Shown: positions 42,422 to 49,579 of the stretch, piece after piece
Numbering within the stretch: the stretch's first letter is position 1
How the letters are laid out: the number at the start of each line of letters is the position of its first letter
IMG/VR virus record: IMGVR_UViG_3300021138_000019
Location: 10,033-74,032 of that record
Direction: 5' to 3' (one strand)
Source of the DNA: a virus
Length of the DNA stretch: 64,000 bases
Translations under genes and position numbers: made by a program
Notes under the pieces: model-generated
Told to the model about the DNA's origin: nothing
Databases searched by the model: none
The model's input: only the letters and a program-made list of their open reading frames with translations

Positions 42422-42825
42422 TTAATATTACCGATTTAGTTGAGGTGACTTTGAATGAAAAAGATGATTTTCTCAAGGTCAGAGAGACTCTAACTCGTAT
42501 CGGTGTAGCATCCAAAAAAGACAGAACATTATACCAATCTTGTCATATATTGCACAAGAAAGGTCTTTACTACTTAGTGCACTTCAAGGAATTGTTCGCA
42601 CTTGATGGAAAGCCTACCGATATCACAGAAAACGATTTATCTCGTAGGAACGCCATTGCAAACCTATTAGAGGATTGGGGTCTGATTAAGATTGTCAAAA
42701 AAGAACAAACGGCAACGCCAGAACCAATCTTTTTGTCGCAAGTCAAAATACTATCTCACAAAGAAAAGAATGATTGGCAATTAGTACCGAAATATAATAT
42801 CGGTAAAAAACCTCAAAAGGATTGA
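42418..42825 (+). CDS. regA: translational repressor RegA
   Basis: DDFLKVRETLTRIGVAS, LYQSCHILHK, HFKELF.LDG. Confidence 0.97.
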   Translation: MINITDLVEVTLNEKDDFLKVRETLTRIGVASKKDRTLYQSCHILHKKGLYYLVHFKELFALDGKPTDITENDLSRRNAIANLLEDWGLIKIVKKEQTATPEPIFLSQVKILSHKEKNDWQLVPKYNIGKKPQKD

Positions 42826-42832
42826 TTTCTGA

Positions 42833-42840
42833 TATAAATA
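42833..42840 (+). promoter_or_regulatory. late promoter upstream of hsp20
   Basis: TATAAATA. Confidence 0.75.
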
Positions 42841-42911
42841 CTGATATAATTATTGTGTCGTGCCAATTTTGGGCGACAATTTTAACAACTCGCTTTTTTA
42901 GGAGCAAAAAA

Positions 42912-43355
42912 ATGACAAGTATATTAAACACATTGGAAAACTTTCACAAATCTTTCGATCCATTTGCAATTGGATTTAATGACATATTTGACCAAATCAA
43001 AGTCGCATCAAAATCAATTCCAGGATATCCTCCATACAATATCAAACAAGTTAAAGAAAACAAGTATGTCATTGAAATGGCAGTCGCTGGTTTTGCTAAA
43101 ACTGATATAGACGTTTCTCTTGAAGGAAATAAATTAGTAATTAAAGCAAATGCTAAAGAAGATCCGGAAATGGAAAACTCATACTTGTATAAAGGAATTG
43201 CGGCAAGAAACTTTGAACGTCAGTTCACATTAGCAGACAAAGTGGAAATTAAAGATGCGGAATTAGTAAATGGTATGCTTAAAATATGGCTAGAGAATAT
43301 GGTTAAAGCACAAGATCTAGTTACGAAAATTTCAGTCAAAACTAAAAATGAATAA
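42912..43355 (+). CDS. small heat shock protein Hsp20 (IbpA-like)
   Basis: YPPYNI, IEMAVAGF, GIAARNFERQFTLA, NGML; AGGAG RBS. Confidence 0.95.
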   Translation: MTSILNTLENFHKSFDPFAIGFNDIFDQIKVASKSIPGYPPYNIKQVKENKYVIEMAVAGFAKTDIDVSLEGNKLVIKANAKEDPEMENSYLYKGIAARNFERQFTLADKVEIKDAELVNGMLKIWLENMVKAQDLVTKISVKTKNE

Positions 43356-43425
43356 TTGGTGGCCAGTATCTGATGAAGAGTGGGAACAGCAAAACTATCC
43401 CGAACGATTCCGAAATAAAAAATAA
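43348..43425 (+). CDS. putative 25-aa peptide MNNWWPVSDEEWEQQNYPERFRNKK
   Basis: Overlaps the hsp20 stop and fills the gap before the hairpin; not in the ORF track. Confidence 0.5.
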   Translation: MNNWWPVSDEEWEQQNYPERFRNKK

Positions 43426-43441
43426 TTTTGGTAAATAACAT

Positions 43442-43461
43442 GGGGGGTCTTAAGACCCCCT
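43442..43461 (+). terminator. GC-rich hairpin, probable terminator
   Basis: GGGGGTC-TTAA-GACCCCC with a weak U tract. Confidence 0.6.
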
Positions 43462-43486
43462 ATGTTGTTGTAGAATAGTAAATATT

Positions 43487-43690
43487 ATGAAAACTCAAAA
43501 CCCTAAACTAATTGAATTGCGTTCAAAAACTAATATTTTCCAAATTTATTGGACTTATTCTTCTTGGGACGAAAAGGAAATTGATGGAGAAATGTTCACT
43601 CCTGTGACTAAATTTATGCCACATCCAGATAAAATTACAGAACTACACTATGTAAAAACAAGTAGTTTGGAAAGAGTTGTAGAATTTTAA
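43487..43690 (+). CDS. hypothetical protein
   Basis: 67-aa ORF in operon orientation. Confidence 0.55.
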   Translation: MKTQNPKLIELRSKTNIFQIYWTYSSWDEKEIDGEMFTPVTKFMPHPDKITELHYVKTSSLERVVEF

Positions 43691-43701
43691 AGGAAGAAAT
43701 A

Positions 43702-44211
43702 ATGCATCTAAAAATCTTAAATTGTCCTGATAGAGAATTTAAACCATTTATAAAAGATGCAGTAAATTACTTTGCATCCGAATTAATTACTAATAAAAGA
43801 ATAAGAAATAATTGTCATCTTACAATAAGATTTGATGCTAAATTAGAAAATTATGGCACTGCTTTTGTTGAAGAATGCAATAGCAAAAACCAACCAAGAG
43901 TATTCAAAATTGAATTGCATCCGGGTATTGGCGTGAGAAATATATTTTCAACATTAGCACATGAAATGGTACATGTGAAACAATATTTGAATGATGAACT
44001 AAATGAGGAAATGACCTTGTGGAAAGGCAAAAAAGTAGATTCTGACAATATGGATTACTGGATACATCCATGGGAAATCGAGGCCTCTGGTATTGAAGTG
44101 GGGTTATTATATAAATATACTGTACAGAATCAATTATGGAATATTTTTGAAGAATTCAAAGATCCTGTTACTCCTATAGTATCTATACCAATTAAGTGGA
44201 AAAAAATATAA
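43702..44211 (+). CDS. HEXXH zinc metallopeptidase-like protein
   Basis: LAHEMVHVKQ, PWEIEA. Confidence 0.8.
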   Translation: MHLKILNCPDREFKPFIKDAVNYFASELITNKRIRNNCHLTIRFDAKLENYGTAFVEECNSKNQPRVFKIELHPGIGVRNIFSTLAHEMVHVKQYLNDELNEEMTLWKGKKVDSDNMDYWIHPWEIEASGIEVGLLYKYTVQNQLWNIFEEFKDPVTPIVSIPIKWKKI

Positions 44212-44213
44212 AA

Positions 44214-44312
44214 ATGTTTACGAAACCGACATACCATACTAATTGTCGCACAGAGATTTGCGATAATGAATCATGGGCCTTGCAAAAAAGGGGTTTCTGT
44301 ATAAGTTTTTAG
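44214..44312 (+). CDS. putative attenuator leader peptide (32 aa) MFTKPTYHTNCRTEICDNESWALQKRGFCISF
   Basis: ATG 2 nt after the upstream stop; 3' end overlaps the antiterminator arm; 19 of 20 amino acids used. Confidence 0.7.
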   Translation: MFTKPTYHTNCRTEICDNESWALQKRGFCISF

Positions 44313-44337
44313 TCCAAGAAATTATACACAAACCCCT
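44289..44337 (+). promoter_or_regulatory. antiterminator hairpin
   Basis: AGGGGTTTcTGTATAA (44289-44304) pairs with TTATACAcAAACCCCT (44322-44337), 15 of 16 bp. Confidence 0.8.
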
Positions 44338-44365
44338 AGCGTAACACCTAGGGGTTTTTTGTTTT
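44330..44365 (+). terminator. intrinsic terminator (attenuator) before the tRNA array
   Basis: AAACCCCTAG-cgtaacac-CTAGGGGTTT then TTTGTTTT. Confidence 0.88.
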
Positions 44366-44374
44366 CAGATATGT

Positions 44375-44450
44375 GTACGTGTGACCCGAAAGGCTAGGGG
44401 GCAGATTGCAAATCTGTTTTATGTAGGTTCGATTCCTATCACGTACTCCA
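44375..44450 (+). tRNA. tRNA-Cys(GCA)
   Basis: GTACGTG/CACGTAC acceptor, GCAGA-ttGCAaa-TCTGT, GTTCGA, CCA. Confidence 0.92.
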
Positions 44451-44482
44451 AAATTATTTTGTTGTAATCTTGCAACAAAGTG

Positions 44483-44511
44483 TTGACAAATGATTTTTAG
44501 TATGTTATACT
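44483..44511 (+). promoter_or_regulatory. sigma70-type promoter inside the tRNA array
   Basis: TTGACA-17bp-TATACT with TG extension. Confidence 0.85.
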
Positions 44512-44517
44512 AGAGTC

Positions 44518-44533
44518 TGTTCTTTAAAAATTT
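44518..44533 (+). promoter_or_regulatory. boxA-like antitermination element
   Basis: TGTTCTTTAAAAATTT just after the promoter; resembles rrn boxA TGCTCTTTAACA. Confidence 0.65.
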
Positions 44534-44545
44534 GAAGTAGTTTAT

Positions 44546-44621
44546 GCTCGGTTCATCTAGAGGCCTAGGATAGTGCCCTTTCACGGCATTCACACCGGTT
44601 CGAATCCGGTACCGAGTACCA
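44546..44621 (+). tRNA. tRNA-Glu(TTC)
   Basis: GCTCGGT/ACCGAGT, GTGCC-ctTTCac-GGCAT, CCA. Confidence 0.93.
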
Positions 44622-44741
44622 TTTGTTTTGCTGATGTAAGCCATGGGGTAAACGTCAACCCTGAGTAACTATATTAATAAACGGTAGTGTGGCCACCAAT
44701 TCCGTTGAGGTATAGCAAATAGTGCGTCAGCAAAACAAATG
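44620..44741 (+). ncRNA. putative structured RNA closed by a long stem
   Basis: CATTTGTTTTGCTGATGTA ... TGCGTCAGCAAAACAAATG with internal sub-hairpins. Confidence 0.55.
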
Positions 44742-44746
44742 ATTTT

Positions 44747-44823
44747 GGTCCCATAGTATAGCCTGGTTATTACAGCGGCTTGTCACGCCGTCAACAGGGG
44801 TTCGAATCCCCTTGGGACCGCCA
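44747..44823 (+). tRNA. tRNA-Asp(GTC)
   Basis: GGTCCCA/TGGGACC, GCGGC-ttGTCac-GCCGT, CCA. Confidence 0.93.
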
Positions 44824-44841
44824 AAAAAGAAGATAGTATAT

Positions 44842-44920
44842 TCCCTGGAATTCGAGCATGGTGCACGGACTTGACTGTTAATCAATGATTAGCTGGGATC
44901 GTTACCCAGACAGGGAGCCA
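44842..44920 (+). tRNA. tRNA-Asn(GTT), atypical
   Basis: TCCCTG/CAGGGA, TTGA-ctGTTaa-TCAA, T-loop ATCGTTA, CCA. Confidence 0.8.
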
Positions 44921-44925
44921 AATAA

Positions 44926-45004
44926 CTCGGTGTAGGATAGTCTGGTTCATTCCACCTGTTTTGGGAACAGGAAATCGCAAGTTCAAATCTTGCCACCGAG
45001 ACCA
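44926..45004 (+). tRNA. tRNA-Pro(TGG)
   Basis: CTCGGTG/CACCGAG, CCTGT-ttTGGga-ACAGG, CCA. Confidence 0.92.
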
Positions 45005-45010
45005 ATTAAT

Positions 45011-45095
45011 GGATGTGCCGCCGTAATGGTATGGCAGGAGATTGTAAATCTTCCGGTTTACACCACAGTTGGTTCGATCCCAACCACATCCACCA
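45011..45095 (+). tRNA. tRNA-Tyr(GTA)
   Basis: GGATGTG/CACATCC, GGAGA-ttGTAaa-TCTTC, long variable arm, CCA. Confidence 0.9.
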
Positions 45096-45116
45096 TTAAC
45101 CTTATTAAGGATAATT

Positions 45117-45359
45117 ATGAATTACATAATTACATTTTTAGCAGTATTCATTACAGATATCTTGTATTGTTTTTTTATAAAAGCAATGAACGAAGATAAA
45201 ATGTTTCTTGCAAGTATTTGGAGTTGCTTAGTAACATTGGCCGCAAGTGTAGCGGCAATCAATTATATTGATGACCATACAATGATAATTGCATCTGTAT
45301 TAGGTGCGTTTTGCGGCACTTACGTTGCAATGAAGTTGAAAAAGAAATTATTGCCCTAA
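45117..45359 (+). CDS. small membrane protein (about 3 TM segments)
   Basis: AAGGA RBS; hydrophobic 80-aa ORF; 3' end overlaps tRNA-Thr. Confidence 0.7.
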   Translation: MNYIITFLAVFITDILYCFFIKAMNEDKMFLASIWSCLVTLAASVAAINYIDDHTMIIASVLGAFCGTYVAMKLKKKLLP

Positions 45360-45426
45360 TAGTATAGTGGTATTACAACGGATTTGTAATCCGTTGACGG
45401 GAGTTCGATTCTCTCTTGGGGCACCA
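45353..45426 (+). tRNA. tRNA-Thr(TGT)
   Basis: GCCCTAA/TTGGGGC, ACGGA-ttTGTaa-TCCGT, CCA. Confidence 0.92.
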
Positions 45427-45491
45427 TATAGAAACACACTCATTAAGGCATCCGGTACGAAAGTAAATTTGGCCGAGTGTGTTTCTATATG
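45425..45491 (+). ncRNA. long hairpin/structured spacer RNA
   Basis: Perfect 17-bp stem CATATAGAAACACACTC/GAGTGTGTTTCTATATG enclosing TAC-GAAA-GTA. Confidence 0.55.
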
Positions 45492-45496
45492 TAATT

Positions 45497-45570
45497 CTCT
45501 CGCAAGTGTTCCGGTAGCACAAGGTTCTCCAAAAGCCTTGGACGGGGTTCGATTCCCTGGCGGGAGGCCA
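45497..45570 (+). tRNA. tRNA-Trp(CCA)
   Basis: CTCTCGC/GCGGGAG, AGGTT-ctCCAaa-AGCCT, CCA. Confidence 0.88.
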
Positions 45571-45571
45571 A

Positions 45572-46159
45572 TTATTCTATGAGTCCGGTAATCTGTTGAA
45601 TAGCTTCAATAGCATCAGACGAATAAAAATAGTCTAATAAATTTTCAGACATAAGATTAAGAATTTCGATTCTTCTTTCCATATTCTTTAAGGTATTTTT
45701 TAAGTTGTCAATATGGTTCTGTGTGAATTTTTGCAATATATTTTCTTTTTTCCTAGACTTGATTCGCACTACAATCATTTCAAATTTTTTGATATCTCTC
45801 GTAACATTGCCAATATTGTTATTAACATTTTTTATAGCCTCAATAATATCACCTTTCATCATCATAATTAAATCATCATTAATAGGATCCATTTTATTAA
45901 TAAAATGCATTGTGAGTTGAGCAAGTTCATTAAGAACTTCTGCATTAATATCGTAAGTTTGATTTACTGTACCAGTGGCATCATAATGGGCACGTTTATC
46001 AGGATCACTTAGTGTCTCATACGCCATTTTAATTTTTTTAAATTTCTCTTCTTCACCTCCTTTATCTGGATGATGTATCTGAGCTAACAAACGATAAGCG
46101 TGTTTAATTTCTTCACTTGTTGCATCTGGTGAAATTCCCAGTTGTTTGTATAAATCCAT
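45572..46159 (-). CDS. DnaJ (J-domain) protein
   Basis: DLYKQLGI..A..EEIKHAYR.LA...HPDKGG; HPD motif; C-terminal coiled coil. Confidence 0.9.
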   Translation of the reverse strand: MDLYKQLGISPDATSEEIKHAYRLLAQIHHPDKGGEEEKFKKIKMAYETLSDPDKRAHYDATGTVNQTYDINAEVLNELAQLTMHFINKMDPINDDLIMMMKGDIIEAIKNVNNNIGNVTRDIKKFEMIVVRIKSRKKENILQKFTQNHIDNLKNTLKNMERRIEILNLMSENLLDYFYSSDAIEAIQQITGLIE

Positions 46160-46213
46160 GATGTTTAAATAAGTAGTAGTTAGATATTTATTGTTGTTAA
46201 AGGAAGATGTTTT

Positions 46214-46690
46214 ATGAGAGATTTTGATATAAAAGTAGTCAAAGATTTTATTTTGGCTCAAGGACCGGATACAAAAGTATATCTAGGTGCCGACTCGGAA
46301 CGTCTTAGAATTAATGGTGTATGGTATGCTGACTATGCACTTGCGGTTGTTGTTCACATTGATGGTTGCCATGGTTGTAAAATTTTTGGTTTTGTTGACC
46401 GTGAATTAGATTACGATCACAAAAAAAGTAAACCAGCAATGCGTTTGATGACAGAAGTATATAAAGTGTCTGAATTGTTTCAAGAAATGTCGGATGTTCT
46501 AGAAGACCGTCACGTTGAAGTACATTTAGATTTAAACAAATCGGATGAATTCGGTTCTTCTTGCGTTGTGCAACAAGCAATTGGGTACATCAAAGGTACA
46601 TGTGATATTACTCCGATGGTAAAACCAGATGCACCTGCCGCAAGTTTTTGTGCCGACAGATTAAAAAGAATCTTGGCCGAACAAATATAA
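46214..46690 (+). CDS. RNase H-like protein (YkuK/DUF458-like)
   Basis: VYLGADS, RLMTEV, EVHLDLN, KPDAPAASFCAD. Confidence 0.75.
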   Translation: MRDFDIKVVKDFILAQGPDTKVYLGADSERLRINGVWYADYALAVVVHIDGCHGCKIFGFVDRELDYDHKKSKPAMRLMTEVYKVSELFQEMSDVLEDRHVEVHLDLNKSDEFGSSCVVQQAIGYIKGTCDITPMVKPDAPAASFCADRLKRILAEQI

Positions 46691-46695
46691 ATAAT

Positions 46696-46772
46696 GGAGA
46701 CTATAGTGTAACGGTTTAGCACCCGACTCTGTGAAAGTCGTAGAATGGGTTCGTCTCCCATTAGTCTCCCCA
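46696..46772 (+). tRNA. tRNA-His(GTG)
   Basis: G-1:C73, GAGACTA/TAGTCTC, CGACT-ctGTGaa-AGTCG; late promoter TATAAATA at 46686-46693. Confidence 0.92.
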
Positions 46773-46791
46773 AACTTTGTTAAGGAAAATT

Positions 46792-47064
46792 ATGAAAATA
46801 GGTGGTATCTATTATGATGTTATTCATAAAACAAATGAAGAACTGAATGGTAATGTTGGTCTTGCAGATTTCAATAGACAAGAAATTAGCATTAACACAG
46901 AGCATACAATGCAAACTCAAAGGATTGCTTTAATACATGAAGTTTTGCACATTTTGGATAATACCTATAATCTTAAGTTAACTGAAGAACAAGTAACTTT
47001 TACTGCACACGCATTAGTAAGTTTAATTGAAGATAACAAAGAGTTTTTGAAAAGTTTTTTATAA
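46792..47064 (+). CDS. small HEXXH metallopeptidase-like protein
   Basis: LIHEVLH; AAGGA RBS. Confidence 0.65.
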   Translation: MKIGGIYYDVIHKTNEELNGNVGLADFNRQEISINTEHTMQTQRIALIHEVLHILDNTYNLKLTEEQVTFTAHALVSLIEDNKEFLKSFL

Positions 47065-47073
47065 AGGAATATT

Positions 47074-47319
47074 ATGTACACACCCCTGCATGACAAGATT
47101 ATCGTTCAACGACTTGAAAAAGTCAATCAAACTGATTCGGGTATCATACTCAAATCTTCACCAGAACCAGACAGAGCAAAAGTTATTGCTGTAGGACCTG
47201 ATGTTGAAGAAGTTGCAATCGGTGAAGAGATTCTAGTAAATTGGAACGGTGCAATCAAAGTCAAAGATGACATATACACATTAAAAGTAGAGCATGTTGT
47301 TGGTGTTTTCGAATCTTAA
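47074..47319 (+). CDS. groES: co-chaperonin GroES-like
   Basis: PLHDKIIV, TDSGIIL, AKVIAVGP. Confidence 0.9.
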   Translation: MYTPLHDKIIVQRLEKVNQTDSGIILKSSPEPDRAKVIAVGPDVEEVAIGEEILVNWNGAIKVKDDIYTLKVEHVVGVFES

Positions 47320-47347
47320 TAAATATCAATTTAACTGTTAAAACATC

Positions 47348-47893
47348 ATGTCACATAGAGAACAACGAGATTTTATTACCAGACTCAAAGAAAAATTCCC
47401 AAATAATTTCAAAAACATTAAAATGCTTGAAATCGGTAGTCTAGATATAAATGGATCTATTAGAGATTATTTTGAAAACTGCAACTATATTGGTTATGAT
47501 GTTGGTGAAGGAAAACTCGTTGATGTTGTTTATGACGGTATCACATTCAGGGCAGAAGATATAGAATTTGATACTACCGGAAGTTGTAATTGTTTTGAGC
47601 ATAATCCTAATTGGGTATCTAATTTTAAAGATATGCACAGAATATTAAAATCTGGTGGCTTGCATTTTATATCTGTACCGACAACAGGATGCCCTGAACA
47701 TGGTACGGAAAAACAAAACTCTAGTGATAGTCCTTTGACAATTGTAAAAGGTGAAGGATGGAAAGATTATTATAAGAATCTAACGGAAGAAGACTTCAGA
47801 GAAAACTTTAATTTAGGTGAAATGTTTAGTGAATATAAATTTGAAGTAAACAATGAGGTTCACGATTTATATTTTTTCGGTATTAAAAAATAA
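47348..47893 (+). CDS. class I SAM-dependent methyltransferase
   Basis: LEIGSLDING, FEHNP, LKSGG. Confidence 0.8.
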   Translation: MSHREQRDFITRLKEKFPNNFKNIKMLEIGSLDINGSIRDYFENCNYIGYDVGEGKLVDVVYDGITFRAEDIEFDTTGSCNCFEHNPNWVSNFKDMHRILKSGGLHFISVPTTGCPEHGTEKQNSSDSPLTIVKGEGWKDYYKNLTEEDFRENFNLGEMFSEYKFEVNNEVHDLYFFGIKK

Positions 47894-47967
47894 GCGGGAT
47901 TAGTTAAATGGTAGAACGGGACCTTGCCAAGGTTCGGACACGAGTTCGATTCTCGTATCCCGCTCCA
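47894..47967 (+). tRNA. tRNA-Gly(GCC)
   Basis: GCGGGAT/ATCCCGC, GGACC-ttGCCaa-GGTTC, CCA. Confidence 0.93.
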
Positions 47968-48011
47968 AATTTTCATAAAAGTTTCATAGTGAAAACGACT
48001 ATATAGTATAT

Positions 48012-48085
48012 AGCGGGTTAGTAAAACAGAATTACGGAGGACTCATAATCCTCAGTTCCTGGTGCGACTCCGGGACCCGCATCCA
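48012..48085 (+). tRNA. tRNA-Met(CAT), initiator-like 1:72 mismatch
   Basis: AGCGGGT/ACCCGCA, GAGGA-ctCATaa-TCCTC, atypical T-loop TGCGACT, CCA. Confidence 0.8.
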
Positions 48086-48113
48086 AACTACTTTAAATTT
48101 AGGTGAACAATTA

Positions 48114-49163
48114 ATGTCAAAAGTTTTGTTTCTTCTCAAGCGCAGGGAAGATTATCATAGTATAACGCATTCAAATATCGGTTTAAGTACCGGCTTATAC
48201 AATTCGGCAAGTTTCATGTATGAAATGCTGAACAATAATGGTGTGCAATCAAAATTAGTTGTATGTATAGATAATAATTGTATTGACCGTGAAGTCAATA
48301 TATATAAACCAACTCATGTAATTATTGAAGCTCTTTGGGTAACACCAACCAAGTTTGCAATACTACAAAAGTTGCATCCTTCAGTTAAGTGGATTATCAG
48401 ATTACATTCTGAATTACCATTTATGGCAGGTGAAGGTATTGCTATGGATTGGATTGCCGAATATTCAACCTATAAAAATGTTGTTATTGCATGTAATGCA
48501 CCACGAATGTTACATGACATGAGGGTGTATGTAAAAGAACATTTTGGGTTTAGAATTTGTAAAATTGAAGAAAAGATTGTATATTTACCAAATTATTACC
48601 CGCAAGAATTTGATATTAAAAAATTAGATACTAAAAAAGAATTTGTTGATGTTGGTTGTTTTGGTGCTATAAGACCGCTTAAAAATCATTTATCACAAGC
48701 ACTAGGCGCATTACAATTTGCTAATCGAATAAAAAAGAAATTGAGATTTCATGTCAATGCCGGACGTATTGAAATGAAAGGTGAGCCAATGATTAATAAT
48801 CTAAAATCTTTTTTTATACAGGTTAATGATACCGGACATCAACTGATAAACCATCAATGGACTCCTAGAGATAATTTTACCGAATTGTGTTCAAAAATGG
48901 ATATTGGTTTGCAGGTAAGTTTTTCGGAAACTTTTAATATTGTTGGGGCAGATTTCGTATCTCAAGGAGTACCATTTGTTGGGTCTTTAGAAATACCGTG
49001 GATGTCAAATACTTTTGCCGCAGATCCTACTGACACAAAAGATATTGCCAGAAAATTAGAATTGGCGTATACATGGCCTCGTCTAAATACATGGTTAAAT
49101 AGAAAGAGTCTCAAAAATTATACTGATGAGACCCTTACTATATGGTTAAAATATTTTAAATAA
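48114..49163 (+). CDS. GT-B fold glycosyltransferase-like protein
   Basis: GAIRPLKN, SETFNIVGAD (E-x7-D/E type motif). Confidence 0.7.
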   Translation: MSKVLFLLKRREDYHSITHSNIGLSTGLYNSASFMYEMLNNNGVQSKLVVCIDNNCIDREVNIYKPTHVIIEALWVTPTKFAILQKLHPSVKWIIRLHSELPFMAGEGIAMDWIAEYSTYKNVVIACNAPRMLHDMRVYVKEHFGFRICKIEEKIVYLPNYYPQEFDIKKLDTKKEFVDVGCFGAIRPLKNHLSQALGALQFANRIKKKLRFHVNAGRIEMKGEPMINNLKSFFIQVNDTGHQLINHQWTPRDNFTELCSKMDIGLQVSFSETFNIVGADFVSQGVPFVGSLEIPWMSNTFAADPTDTKDIARKLELAYTWPRLNTWLNRKSLKNYTDETLTIWLKYFK

Positions 49164-49172
49164 GGAAAACAA

Positions 49173-49364
49173 ATGTCACATCACATGGTAAAAAAACACA
49201 AATGGGTTGGTGGTGTTTTAGAATCTTCTTCACATTTTTTTGATTCTTTTGAAAGTGCTAAGGAATTTTTAAATACACAAGATGCTGATACGTTGAAAAT
49301 TTTTAATGCTAATGGTGAATTAGTTCACGAATTAGTCACAACAACCAACACATCCATATCCTGA
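49173..49364 (+). CDS. hypothetical protein
   Basis: AAGGA RBS, 63 aa. Confidence 0.6.
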   Translation: MSHHMVKKHKWVGGVLESSSHFFDSFESAKEFLNTQDADTLKIFNANGELVHELVTTTNTSIS

Positions 49365-49399
49365 TAACTTTTTTTAATTTGCTTTGATGATTAATTTTT

Positions 49400-49579
49400 A
49401 TGAATATTCCAATAAAATTAACGCTCGATCAAATGCATCTCACAACAAAACTTTTAGAACTTTTAGAAGAAGTAGAACACGCCGGTAAATTCTTATTTTA
49501 TTGCTTCGTGTTTTTTCTGGGTATAACAATTAGCGTACTATTAATCCTCTTTTGGGCTTTCAAAAATAGGTTTCTTTGA
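49400..49579 (+). CDS. putative 59-aa single-TM protein
   Basis: Fills the intergenic gap; FLFYCFVFFLGITISVLLILFWAF; weak RBS; not in the ORF track. Confidence 0.4.
   Translation: MNIPIKLTLDQMHLTTKLLELLEEVEHAGKFLFYCFVFFLGITISVLLILFWAFKNRFL

Noticed and set aside
44990-45582. Track ORFs 44990..45199 and 45367..45582
   Set aside because: They overlap clear tRNA genes and hairpins; spurious.
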